Part shown: positions 1 to 9,286 of the stretch, one piece after another | Numbering within the stretch: position 1 is the stretch's first letter | How the letters are laid out: each line of letters begins with the position of its first letter | Source: Alphaproteobacteria bacterium | GTDB lineage: Bacteria > Pseudomonadota > Alphaproteobacteria > UBA828 | Direction: 5' to 3' | DNA: 64,000 nucleotides | Assembly (NCBI GenBank): GCA_965237415.1 | Contig: CBDEFM010000002.1 | Span: 544,001-608,000, forward strand | Notes under the pieces: generated by a model | What the model was told of the DNA's origin: nothing | Databases searched by the model: none | What the model saw: only the letters and a program-made list of their open reading frames with translations | Position numbers and translations under genes: made by a program

Positions 1-1
1 G

Positions 2-982
2 GCGGCAGTCATTGGCGATACGATCGCGGCGCTTGGACATCAAGGGCGGGGCCTGCGGATTGTCTTGGTCGACGACCGCTCCGGCGACGACACGGCGGAG
101 GTTGCGCAGCGGGCTGCGTCTGCCTCTCTGATTTTCGAAGTCTGCCGCGGCGCTCCGCTTGCGGATGGATGGACCGGCAAGCTGTGGGCTCTTGAGCAAG
201 GTCGGCGGCGGATCGAGACGCCGCTCACACTGTTGCTCGATGCCGATATCACGCTCCGGCCGGGGATGATCCGTGCGCTACTCGCCAAGAAGGAAGAGAG
301 CGGCGCGGCGCTCGTCTCGGTGATGGCGGCGCTCAGGATGCAGGGAGGATGGGAAAGGCTCCTGCTCCCAGCCTTCATCTTCTTCTTCCGCCTGCTCTAC
401 CCGTTCCATCTGGCGAACAAGCCGGGCCGATGGGTTGCCGCCGCTGCCGGCGGCTGTGTCCTGGTGGAGACCCCGGTGCTCGCCACAATCGGTGGCTTCG
501 GTGCGATCCGGGGGGCGCTCATCGACGATTGCGCGCTGGCGCGGGCGGTCAAGGATGCGGGATTCCGGACCTGGGTCGGCGTGACCGGTGGGGCAGAGAG
601 CCATCGCGCCTATCCGACCCTCGGGGTGGTGTGGCAAATGGTTGCCCGCACCGCCTACACCCAGCTCCGCTATTCGCCGGCGCTGTTGCTCCTATGCACG
701 CTGCTCATGGCGCTTTCGTTCTGGGCGCCGATTGCGGGCCTCGCCGGGCCTCTCGCGGCCCAGGTCGCCGCAGCTGTCGGACTCGTCGCCATGGCGGTCT
801 GCTATCTGCCGACCCTCCTCTATTACCGTCTCTCGCCCGGCTGGACACTCACGATGCCGCTCATCGGTACGCTGTTCCTTGCCATGACCTGGCACTCGGC
901 ACTCCGCGACTGGGGTGGCAAGCGGAGCGAGTGGAAGGGCCGTGTCTACGGGCGGGAATCGGAAGACCGCCGGGCGACGTGA
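2..982 (+). CDS. hpnB: GT2 glycosyltransferase, hopene-associated HpnB type (5' end outside window)
   Basis: Frame is open from the window start (…LRIVLVDDRSGDDT). Has GWTGKLWAL, LLLDADI, AAAAGGCVLV, IRGALIDDCALA and MVARTAYTQLRYS motifs, plus C-terminal TM helices and WKGR. Confidence 0.8.
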   Translation, partial: AAVIGDTIAALGHQGRGLRIVLVDDRSGDDTAEVAQRAASASLIFEVCRGAPLADGWTGKLWALEQGRRRIETPLTLLLDADITLRPGMIRALLAKKEESGAALVSVMAALRMQGGWERLLLPAFIFFFRLLYPFHLANKPGRWVAAAAGGCVLVETPVLATIGGFGAIRGALIDDCALARAVKDAGFRTWVGVTGGAESHRAYPTLGVVWQMVARTAYTQLRYSPALLLLCTLLMALSFWAPIAGLAGPLAAQVAAAVGLVAMAVCYLPTLLYYRLSPGWTLTMPLIGTLFLAMTWHSALRDWGGKRSEWKGRVYGRESEDRRAT

Positions 983-1043
983 GGGGTAGCGAGCGGCTCT
1001 CGCCTTGCTTGACGCGCGCAGGGCGGCGTGTCAGCACGGGCTC

Positions 1044-1385
1044 ATGTCGCAACGAACTGAGCAGCAACCGAGCGCGGGGTGCCGCCTCGTGCGTCTAGCC
1101 GAGACCGACCGGCCCGGAGTCACGATCTTTCACGGTGAGCGAACGCTTGACGCGCTCACCGGCGACACGCTGTTGACCGCGCTTCTCTGCAACGGCGTCG
1201 CGCTTCGCCGAAACGAGTTCGACGGCGACCTGCGGGCGGGATTTTGCAACATGGGCGCGTGTCAGGACTGCTGGGTCGTGCTCGAGGACGGGAGCCGCAC
1301 GCGCGCGTGCACGACAGAGATATGGGACGGCATGCGCGTGCGCGCGCCGGACGACGAGCCGCGCACGCCGGGTACCATCTCGTGA
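1044..1385 (+). CDS. (2Fe-2S)-binding small subunit, HcnA / opine-oxidase ferredoxin-like
   Basis: GDTLLTALL…RAGFCNMGACQDCWV…RACTT Cys pattern. Its stop overlaps the next GTG (GTGA). Confidence 0.8.
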   Translation: MSQRTEQQPSAGCRLVRLAETDRPGVTIFHGERTLDALTGDTLLTALLCNGVALRRNEFDGDLRAGFCNMGACQDCWVVLEDGSRTRACTTEIWDGMRVRAPDDEPRTPGTIS

Positions 1386-2785
1386 GCGGAGACAAACCCA
1401 CGGTGCTGATCGTCGGCGCTGGCCCGGCGGGAACGCGGGCGGCCGAGACGCTCGTCGGCCACGACGTTGCGCCGATTGTGGTCGACGAAGGCGCGCGCAG
1501 CGGCGGCCAGATCTATCGCCGGCCGCCCGCGGGATTCAGACGGCCGGCCGCCGCGCTCTACGGCTTCGAGGCGCGCAAGGCCCAGGCGGTGCACGCGGCC
1601 CTCGACGCCATGCAGGAGCGCATCGACTATCGCCCCAACACCCTGATCTGGAACATCGAGGCGGGCATCGCCCACGCGCTCGGCCCCGCCGGAATCGAGC
1701 GAATCGAGTTCGAGGCGATCATCCTGGCCACCGGCGCGATGGATCGGGTCATCCCGTTTCCGGGCTGGACACTCCCCGGCGTGTTCACCATGGGCGGATC
1801 TCAGGTCGCGTTGAAGGCGCAGGGCTGCGCCATCGGCGACCCAGTCGTCTTCATGGGCACCGGGCCGCTGCTCTATCTCGTTGCCTATCAGTATGCCCAT
1901 GCGGGCGCGCGGGTGGCGGCGGTGCTGGATACGTCCCGTGCAGGCCAGGCGATCCCGGTGCTTCCCGGCCTGCTGTGGGGCGGGCGGACCTTCGCCAAGG
2001 GCATCTGGTACATGACCTGGCTCAGGGCAGCCAGAATACCGGTGCGCGCGGGTATCACGCCGGTCGCTGCCGAGGGAGAGTCGGCCCTTGAGGCCGTGCG
2101 CTATCGAGACCGCCGCGGACACGAGCACCGCATCGCCTGCACCGGCCTGGGTATCGGCTACAGCGTCAAGTCCGAGGTGCAACTTGCCGAGCTCGCCGGC
2201 TGCGAGATGGCGTTCGATTCGCTCGCACAGCAATGGCTGCCGCAGACCAATGACGACGGCCGCGCGCTCAAGGGCTCCGTCTATCTCGCGGGCGACGGGG
2301 CCGGTGTTGCCGGTGCCGACGCGGCAGAGCTGCGCGGCCGTCTCGCGGCTCTCGCCTTGCTCGCCGACAACGGCATCGCGACGGAACAAGCGCTTCAGGC
2401 GAGGCTGCGGGCGAAGCTCCGGCGCATCATGCGCTTCCGCAACGCGCTGGAGCGGGCCCTTCCGGCTCCCTTCCACCTGGCACGGTCGCTCCCCGACGAG
2501 ACCGTCATCTGCCGCTGCGAGGCGATCACCGCCGGCGAAATCCGTCAGGGCCGAGCCCTCGCGCCGACGGAGATGAATCGGGCGAAGGCGTTCACGCGTA
2601 TCGGCATGGGACGCTGCCAGGGCCGCGTGTGCGGCCCCGCCGCTGCCCAGATCCTCGCCGCCGCGCGCGGCTGCGACGTGGCGGAGGTGGGTCGCCTGCG
2701 CGGTCAGGCCCCGGTCAAGCCGCTTTCCATTCGCGCAGGCGCCGAAGCCGCGGTCGAGGACCGCTCAAGGGCGGCCTCGATATGA
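1382..2785 (+). CDS. FAD/NAD(P)-dependent oxidoreductase with C-terminal BFD-like [2Fe-2S] domain (HcnB/OoxA-like)
   Basis: IVGAGPAG, GGQIYR, LATGA…PFPGWTLPGV, YLAGDGAG, ICRCE…RIGMGRCQGRVCG. Confidence 0.85.
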   Translation: MSGDKPTVLIVGAGPAGTRAAETLVGHDVAPIVVDEGARSGGQIYRRPPAGFRRPAAALYGFEARKAQAVHAALDAMQERIDYRPNTLIWNIEAGIAHALGPAGIERIEFEAIILATGAMDRVIPFPGWTLPGVFTMGGSQVALKAQGCAIGDPVVFMGTGPLLYLVAYQYAHAGARVAAVLDTSRAGQAIPVLPGLLWGGRTFAKGIWYMTWLRAARIPVRAGITPVAAEGESALEAVRYRDRRGHEHRIACTGLGIGYSVKSEVQLAELAGCEMAFDSLAQQWLPQTNDDGRALKGSVYLAGDGAGVAGADAAELRGRLAALALLADNGIATEQALQARLRAKLRRIMRFRNALERALPAPFHLARSLPDETVICRCEAITAGEIRQGRALAPTEMNRAKAFTRIGMGRCQGRVCGPAAAQILAAARGCDVAEVGRLRGQAPVKPLSIRAGAEAAVEDRSRAASI

Positions 2786-3915
2786 GCGATCTGCGGGCCG
2801 ATGTGGTCATCGTCGGCGGCGGCCTGGTCGGATGCGCCGCGGCGCTACACCTGCGCGAACGCGGCGCGAGCGTCGCGGTGGTTGAGAAAAACCAGCTCGG
2901 AGCGGCGGCGAGCGGCGTCAATTTCGGCGGAGTCCGGCGCAACGGGCGCAAGCTCGCGGAGCTCGGCATTGCCACCCGCGCGCTCGCGATCTGGAAGCGC
3001 CTGCCTGAGCTGGTCGGCAGCGACTGCGAGTACGAAATTACGGGCAACATCAAGGTCGCGCGCAGCGACGAGGATTTGAACCAGATCGCGGTCCACGCAG
3101 AGGCCCAGGCCAAATACGGGGTCGAGGTTCAGATGCTGGGCCGCAACACACTGTTCGACCGTTACCCGTGGCTCGGCCCGAGCGCCGTGGGCGCTGCTTA
3201 TTGCGCAAGCGACGGGCAGGCCAACCCGCGCCTCGTCGGCCCCGCCTTCGCGCGCGCTGCGCGGGCGGCGGGTGCCACCTTGATCGAGCACGACGGCGCG
3301 CAGCATGTCGAGCGCGACGGCAGCGGATTCGTCGTCGAGACCGAGACCGGCCGCACGCTGCGCGGGGGCACGCTCATCAACAGTTCCGGCGCCTGGGGTG
3401 GCCGGCTTGCAGCAAAGTTCGGCGAGCGAGTCGAGATCTGGCCGATGGAGCCGCAGATGGTCGTCACCGAGCCCGCGCCCTATTTCATGGAGCCCGTGCT
3501 CGCCGTGATGGGCGGCGACGTCTATGCACGCCAGATTCCGCGCGGCAATGTCATCTTCGGCGGGCGCAGCGACACCGCCGACCTCGATGTCGGCTTCGGC
3601 AAGGTCAATGCCGAGGAGAGCCTGACCACGCTGGCGCGAACGGTGGAGATCATTCCCCGCATCGCCGATCTTGCCGTGATCCGCTTCTGGAGCGGGGTGG
3701 AGGGCTGCACCGAGGACCATCTGCCGGTGCTCTGCCCGAGCCGGACAACGCCCGGCCTTGTCCACGCCTTCGGCTTCAGCGGCCACGGCTTTTGCCTGGG
3801 CCCCTCCTCGGGCGCGGTGGCGGCAGAGCTCGCTCTCGACGGCCGCACTGAGACGCCGATCGAGGGCTTCGATATCGGCCGCTTCACCGAAGCGCAGCCG
3901 GCGCCGACGCCGTAA
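2782..3915 (+). CDS. FAD-dependent oxidoreductase, DAO family (HcnC/OoxB/SoxB-like)
   Basis: IVGGGLVG, ASGVNFGGVR, DGQANPR, AFGFSGHGF. ATGA overlap with the upstream gene. Confidence 0.85.
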   Translation: MSDLRADVVIVGGGLVGCAAALHLRERGASVAVVEKNQLGAAASGVNFGGVRRNGRKLAELGIATRALAIWKRLPELVGSDCEYEITGNIKVARSDEDLNQIAVHAEAQAKYGVEVQMLGRNTLFDRYPWLGPSAVGAAYCASDGQANPRLVGPAFARAARAAGATLIEHDGAQHVERDGSGFVVETETGRTLRGGTLINSSGAWGGRLAAKFGERVEIWPMEPQMVVTEPAPYFMEPVLAVMGGDVYARQIPRGNVIFGGRSDTADLDVGFGKVNAEESLTTLARTVEIIPRIADLAVIRFWSGVEGCTEDHLPVLCPSRTTPGLVHAFGFSGHGFCLGPSSGAVAAELALDGRTETPIEGFDIGRFTEAQPAPTP

Positions 3916-3920
3916 CGCTT

Positions 3921-5111
3921 CTACTGCTGGCTCGCCTCCAGGCGATCGCCGAGCGCCGCCATTGCATCGCCGTCGATGTTGGCGAGGGCGAAGCGCAGAT
4001 AGTTCTCTTGCTCCGGGCCGAAGGCGCTGCCAGGCAGGCAGAGCACGTTCTCCTCCAGCACGAGCTTGTGGGCGACATCGACGGCAGATGTGCCGGCGAA
4101 GGGATGGCGCACATAGGCGAAGAAGGCGCCGGCGGAGATCAGCTCGTAGGCCAGGCTCTCGCGCTCGAACATCGCGCGGAAACGGGCGACGCGCTCCAGC
4201 ACGAGGCGCCGCTTCTCGGCACGGAAGTTCGCGAGATTGCGAAGGCCGTAGAGTGCCGCCTCCTGGGCGATGGCGGGCGCGCAGATCGCGACGCAATCGG
4301 CAGCCTTGGCGACCTCGGCGAGCAGTCCGCCGCCCGCGGCCAGCGCACCGACCCGGTAGCCGGTGAGGCTGTAGACCTTGGAGAAGCTGTAGAGGTGGAC
4401 CAGCGTCTCGTCCCAGTCCGGGCGTGCGAACAGGCCGTGTGGCGGCCCATCGCCCGGCAGGAAGTCGCGATAGGTCTCGTCGAGCACCAGTGCCAGCCCG
4501 GCCTCCCGCGCCAGACGATGGAAGCCCTCGATGGTCTCCGGCGAGTAGATGGCGCCGGTGGGGTTGTTTGGTGTCACCAGCACGATGGTACGGGTGCGGG
4601 AAGTGATCCGCGCCGCGGCGTCTGCCGGGTCCGGCACGCCGCCGCGCTCGGGCCGGAAGGGGAGATAGACGGGCGAGATGCCCAGCATCTCCAGCCACAT
4701 CTGGTAGTTGAAGTAGGAGGGCGCGGCCAGGATCGTCTCGTCTCCCGGTCCCGCGAGCGCCATGAGCGCGAGGCAGAAGGCCTGGTTGCAGCCTGCCGTG
4801 ATCGCCACGTGATCGCGCGTTACCCGGCCCCGATAGGCGTCCGAAAGAGCGTCCGCCAGCGCACTACGCAGGTCGTCACGACCGACGATCGGGGTGTAGC
4901 GCGCCATCTCCGGTTGCCGCACCGCGCTCGCGAGATGGGCGGTGAGGGCGTCGGCCGGCGGGTAGGCCGGCACCGCCTGGGCGAGATCGAGCAGCGGCTT
5001 CTCCGGTGGAAAAACCCGTCCTCTCGTCAACGCCGCAATCTCGGCGATGGGCGGCGGGATGACGGCGTGGAGAGCCGGGTTGAGGCGATATGCCCCCGCG
5101 TGGCCCTCCAG
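3921..5111 (-). CDS. PLP-dependent aminotransferase class I/II (start codon uncertain)
   Basis: LVTPNNPTG, LDETYRDF, YSFSKVYSLTGYRVG (PLP lysine). The start given is a CTG; the first TTG is at 5030. Confidence 0.8.
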   Translation of the reverse strand: MEGHAGAYRLNPALHAVIPPPIAEIAALTRGRVFPPEKPLLDLAQAVPAYPPADALTAHLASAVRQPEMARYTPIVGRDDLRSALADALSDAYRGRVTRDHVAITAGCNQAFCLALMALAGPGDETILAAPSYFNYQMWLEMLGISPVYLPFRPERGGVPDPADAAARITSRTRTIVLVTPNNPTGAIYSPETIEGFHRLAREAGLALVLDETYRDFLPGDGPPHGLFARPDWDETLVHLYSFSKVYSLTGYRVGALAAGGGLLAEVAKAADCVAICAPAIAQEAALYGLRNLANFRAEKRRLVLERVARFRAMFERESLAYELISAGAFFAYVRHPFAGTSAVDVAHKLVLEENVLCLPGSAFGPEQENYLRFALANIDGDAMAALGDRLEASQQ

Positions 5112-5136
5112 CGTCTTTCCCGCCGTGCCCTGCCCG

Positions 5137-6498
5137 CTAATAGGCGTATTCCTCGAAGAGCGGTTCGATGCTGCCGCCCCAGCGGCCCTCGTAGGCCTCG
5201 AGCATGTCGTCGGCGGCGGTCCGCCCGCTCTCCGCGATCTGCCGCAGATAGGTGAGGTAGGAGCGCTCGTCGGAGTCGAGATTGCCGGCGACGGCGCGCC
5301 GCATGAGACCGCCGGCAGCGATCTCCACCGCGTCGCGGGCCACCTCCTGCACCGTCCGCCCGCCGACCGTGGCACGGAGCGCCTTCCGCGGCACGGCACC
5401 GAGCAACGCCGCAACATCGGCGGCCGTCCATGAGGCGACCAGCGCCTCGGCCTCGTTCAGCGCCGTCGAATCGTAGAGCAGGCCGACCCAGAGTGCCGGC
5501 AGGGCGCACACCTTGCCCCACGGGCCGCTGTCGGCGCCGCGCATCTCGATGAACGTCTTGAGCCGCACCTCGGGGAACACCGTGGTCAGATGGTCCTCCC
5601 AGTCCTTTAGCGTCGGCCGCTCGCCGGGAAGCTGGGGTAGGGCGCCTCGGAGGAAGTCGCGGAACGATTCGCCCGCCACGTCGATGTAGCCGCCGTCCCG
5701 CGCCACGAAATACATGGGCGCATCGAGCACGTAGTCGGCGTAGCGCTCGAATCCCATTCCGGGCTCGAAGACGAAGGCGAGCAGGCCGCAGCGATCGGGG
5801 TCGGTATCGGTCCAGACATGGCTGCGATAGCTGCGGAAGCCGCTGGGTTTGCCCTCGACGAAGGGCGAGTTGGCGAAGAGCGCGGTGGCCACCGGCTGTA
5901 AGGCCATGGCGACGCGCATCTTGCGGACCATGTCGGTTTCCGAGTCGAAATCCAGATTGACCTGCACGGTGCAGGTGCGGGTCATCATGTCGAGGCCGAG
6001 GCTGCCGCGCGTCGGCATGTAGCGGCGCATGATCGCGTAGCGGCCCTTGGGCATCCAGGGGATCGCCTCGCGCGGTGCATCGGGGCGGAATCCCACGCCG
6101 TAGAACCCGATCCCAAGCTCCTCGGAAATCGTCCGCACCTGATCCAAATGCGCGTGCACCTCGTCGCAGGTGCGGTGCAGGTTATGGAGCGGGGCGCCCG
6201 AGAGCTCGAGCTGGCCGCCCGGCTCCAGCGTCACCGACTGGCCGTCCTTGAGCAGGGCGATGGGGTTGCCGTTCTCCAGGTACGGGTCCCAGCCGTAGCG
6301 CTGAATTCCCTCCAGCAGCGCGCGGATTCCCGACGGCCCCTCGTAGGGGAGCGGCGCACGGTCCGCGAGGCGATGGCCGAATTTCTCGTGCTCCGTGCCG
6401 ATCCGCCACGCCTGGCGCGGCTTGCAGCCGGATTCGAGATAGGCGATCAGGTCGCGGCGGGTGAGCGCCTCGCCCTGCCTGGTGGCGCTATCGTTCAC
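5137..6498 (-). CDS. gshA: Glutamate--cysteine ligase (GCS2, plant/alphaproteobacterial type)
   Basis: WRIGTEHEKF, LEPGGQLELSG, MPKGRYAIM, TCTVQVNLD, FPEVRLKTFIEMRGAD. GTG start after a GGGAGGGA RBS. Confidence 0.93.
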   Translation of the reverse strand: MNDSATRQGEALTRRDLIAYLESGCKPRQAWRIGTEHEKFGHRLADRAPLPYEGPSGIRALLEGIQRYGWDPYLENGNPIALLKDGQSVTLEPGGQLELSGAPLHNLHRTCDEVHAHLDQVRTISEELGIGFYGVGFRPDAPREAIPWMPKGRYAIMRRYMPTRGSLGLDMMTRTCTVQVNLDFDSETDMVRKMRVAMALQPVATALFANSPFVEGKPSGFRSYRSHVWTDTDPDRCGLLAFVFEPGMGFERYADYVLDAPMYFVARDGGYIDVAGESFRDFLRGALPQLPGERPTLKDWEDHLTTVFPEVRLKTFIEMRGADSGPWGKVCALPALWVGLLYDSTALNEAEALVASWTAADVAALLGAVPRKALRATVGGRTVQEVARDAVEIAAGGLMRRAVAGNLDSDERSYLTYLRQIAESGRTAADDMLEAYEGRWGGSIEPLFEEYAY

Positions 6499-6615
6499 GC
6501 TCCCTCCCAGCGGTCGCGTCGAACCAGTGCGGGGTTTCCCCGATTCGAGCGACACTGTCCAGCATATCCCGTCGCTTGCCCGACATGACAGGCCTGCGTC
6601 CCGCGCAGCACGGCC

Positions 6616-7371
6616 TCACCGCCAGTCGCCCGCGAGGGCCTGCCAACAGGCCAATGCTGCCGCTACGGCAGTCTCCGCGCGCAGCGTGCGCGGGCCGAGG
6701 CGGGCGCGCACGGCCGCCGGATGATCGGCGATCGAGCGCCGTTCGGAGGGCGTAAATCCGCCCTCGGGCCCGACCAGGATCGCCCAGGGCGTGCCTGCGC
6801 CACCCGACAGCGCGTCGGCGACCGTCGGATCGGCCTCGGGGTCGCAAACGAGCAGCCGGCGGTCGGGCGGCCAGCCGGCGAGCGCGTCGGCGAGGGAGCA
6901 CGGGGGTGCAATCGACGGCACGTCGAGGCGGCCGCACTGCTCCGCCGCCTCGATCGCATGCGCACGGAGCCGCTCGACGTTGACGCGCGCGGTCTGGCCA
7001 TGCCGGGTGAGCACCGGGCGGATGGCGCCGACCCCAAGCTCGGTCGCCTTCTCGATCACGAAGCGGGTGCGGGTCGTCTTGAGCGGCGCGAACAGGAGGT
7101 GCAAATCGGGCGCCGGCATCTGCTCCGCGGTCCGCGTGGCGATGCGAACGGCTGCGCGGTGGGGCGCGATGGTCTCGATGGCGCCCGCCCACTCCCCATC
7201 TCGCCCGTTGAAGAGGCGAATCCGGTCGCCCGGCGCCTGGCGCATCACGTTGCGGAGGTAATGGGCCTGGCCGGGTGCCAGCGCGATCGCATCGCCCGCA
7301 TCGAGCGCGGTCTCGACGAAGAGCCGGATCGTGCTCCGGCCATCATCACGCTCCCGCTCCCTCCCGTCCAT
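6616..7371 (-). CDS. rsmE: 16S rRNA m3U1498 methyltransferase
   Basis: HYLRNVMR, IEKATELGV, EAAEQCGR, VGPEGGF, LGPRTLRAETA. Confidence 0.93.
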   Translation of the reverse strand: MDGRERERDDGRSTIRLFVETALDAGDAIALAPGQAHYLRNVMRQAPGDRIRLFNGRDGEWAGAIETIAPHRAAVRIATRTAEQMPAPDLHLLFAPLKTTRTRFVIEKATELGVGAIRPVLTRHGQTARVNVERLRAHAIEAAEQCGRLDVPSIAPPCSLADALAGWPPDRRLLVCDPEADPTVADALSGGAGTPWAILVGPEGGFTPSERRSIADHPAAVRARLGPRTLRAETAVAAALACWQALAGDWR

Positions 7372-7421
7372 GGGCGGCTCTCCGCTTGTCACTGCCAGAG
7401 CGCCACGATACACCAGCAGCC

Positions 7422-8357
7422 ATGGTCGAGCGCCTGCACAACGGAGCCTCGGCGCCCTCTGGACGTGGGCCCGGGGGGCCTGGTCCCGTCGAGCGGGCGA
7501 TGCCGCCATTCGCGCGCCCCTTCGTGGCGCTGGCCCGGTTGGATCAGCCGGTCGGCGTGTGGCTCCTGCTCTGGCCGTGTCTCTGGGCCATCGGACTTGC
7601 CTCTGACGGTCTGCCGGATCTGGAGTTGCTGGTGCTCTTCACCGCCGGCGCGTTCGTGATGCGGGCCGCCGGCTGCACCCTCAACGACATCTTCGACCGC
7701 GACTTCGATGCACGCGTGGAGCGCACCCGCCGGCGTCCGCTGCCTTCCGGCGCCATCGGGGTGAAGGGGGCCGTCGCCTTTATGGCGGTGCTGTTGGGCG
7801 CGGGCCTCGCCATTCTGCTGCAGTTCAACCTGTTCGCGATCTTGCTTGGAGTGGGCTCGCTGCTGCTGGTGGTCCTCTACCCCCTGATGAAGCGCATCAC
7901 TTACTGGCCGCAGGCCTTCCTCGGCCTCACCTTCAACTACGGTGCGCTGCTGGGCTGGGCTGCGGTCGAGGGTGGCCTCGGCTGGCCGGCGGGTCTGCTC
8001 TATGTCGCCGGCATCGCCTGGACCTTGGGCTACGACACGATCTACGCCCATCAGGACAAGGAGGACGACCTCCTGATCGGGGTGAAGTCCAGCGCAATCG
8101 CGCTCGGCCAGCGGACGCGGCCGTTCCTGATCGCGTTCTATGTTACCGCTGTGGCGGGCTTCGTCGGGGTCGGAGTCGCCGCGTCCGTGGCTTGGCCCTA
8201 CTACGTGGGCGTGGCGGTGGCCGCGCTGCTGCTCGCCTGGCAGGCGCTCCGCGTGCGCATTGATAACCCCGCCGACTGCCTCGCCAAATTCAAGAACAAC
8301 AGCCTGGTCGGCCTCGCGCTCTTCGCCGGTATCGTCGCCGCGCAGGCGCTCGGCTGA
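7422..8357 (+). CDS. ubiA: 4-hydroxybenzoate polyprenyltransferase
   Basis: LARLDQPVG, MRAAGCTLNDIFDRDFDARVERT, YDTIYAHQDKEDD, multiple TM helices. Confidence 0.95.
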   Translation: MVERLHNGASAPSGRGPGGPGPVERAMPPFARPFVALARLDQPVGVWLLLWPCLWAIGLASDGLPDLELLVLFTAGAFVMRAAGCTLNDIFDRDFDARVERTRRRPLPSGAIGVKGAVAFMAVLLGAGLAILLQFNLFAILLGVGSLLLVVLYPLMKRITYWPQAFLGLTFNYGALLGWAAVEGGLGWPAGLLYVAGIAWTLGYDTIYAHQDKEDDLLIGVKSSAIALGQRTRPFLIAFYVTAVAGFVGVGVAASVAWPYYVGVAVAALLLAWQALRVRIDNPADCLAKFKNNSLVGLALFAGIVAAQALG

Positions 8358-8360
8358 CGG

Positions 8361-9185
8361 TCACGGCGCCGTCGGCGCAAAGTCCCTGTAGGAGAAGGGC
8401 TGCGCCTGCGCCCTGAGCAGCGCCGTGCGTGCGCGCCTGATTGCATCGTCGTCGATCGCCTCCTGGATGAACGCATCCAGCGGCCCTGGCACGCCGAGCA
8501 TGGCCTGAATCGTCTGCAGCGCCTCCGTTTGCGAGCAGGTGCGGAAGCGCCGGCGCTCGGCCCGGATGGCGGCGAGCGCGAGTGGCTCTCCTTCAGGCGC
8601 GATGTGACCGAATCCGCCGACATAACTGCTCACCGTGTCCATGGCCGGCAGCAGGTCGGGCTCCAGCCGGACGTTGTTCAGCTGGCCGAAGAGATAGGTG
8701 TGCCGGCGGAATTCGGTCTCGTGCATGCGCGCGAGCTCGCGATCGTCGAGGTAGGTGACGGCGATGTCGCAGACGGTGTCGGGGGAGCGCTCGATCGTCG
8801 CCGGCACCGCGCCGTAGCTCGAGATATGGGCGGCGTGGACGACGTCGAAATCATGAAGCCTCGCATTGAGGACCGGGAAAACCGCCTGCCCGATGAGGGC
8901 GAACTTTCGCCGCAGACGCTCGGGCGCGGCGTTGGCGCCATAGGCCAATACCGGCGTGCGTTGCCCGAGCGGGGCCGGGGCGGCGATCCCGCGTCTCCGC
9001 AACAGGGTTCCGGCCGGCACCGCTCGTCCGTCGACTTCGATCTCAGCCTCCTCCAGCGACTCGCCGAGGGAGAGCAGGGGCAGCGCCTCGCCATCCACGA
9101 AGAGGAAGGAATAGCTCGGCCGCGGGAAGGGATAACCTTTCGCGGTCTCGACCGTCTCGGCGCGGGGCAGGGTCACGGACAGCAA
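8361..9185 (-). CDS. Hypothetical protein with gamma-glutamylcyclotransferase-like motif
   Basis: PVLAYGANA resembles the GGCT YGSN motif, and LARMHETE resembles the LD.xEG catalytic helix. 274-aa ORF with typical codon usage. Confidence 0.5.
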   Translation of the reverse strand: MLSVTLPRAETVETAKGYPFPRPSYSFLFVDGEALPLLSLGESLEEAEIEVDGRAVPAGTLLRRRGIAAPAPLGQRTPVLAYGANAAPERLRRKFALIGQAVFPVLNARLHDFDVVHAAHISSYGAVPATIERSPDTVCDIAVTYLDDRELARMHETEFRRHTYLFGQLNNVRLEPDLLPAMDTVSSYVGGFGHIAPEGEPLALAAIRAERRRFRTCSQTEALQTIQAMLGVPGPLDAFIQEAIDDDAIRRARTALLRAQAQPFSYRDFAPTAP

Positions 9186-9286
9186 GGCTCCGGCTGCATC
9201 CCTACGTGCGCCATCGCCGCCCGCCCGTGCGGGCTTGACGGGGGCCGGCGTGTGCCCATGAATGCCCGCAACCCGCCGAGGTGCCC

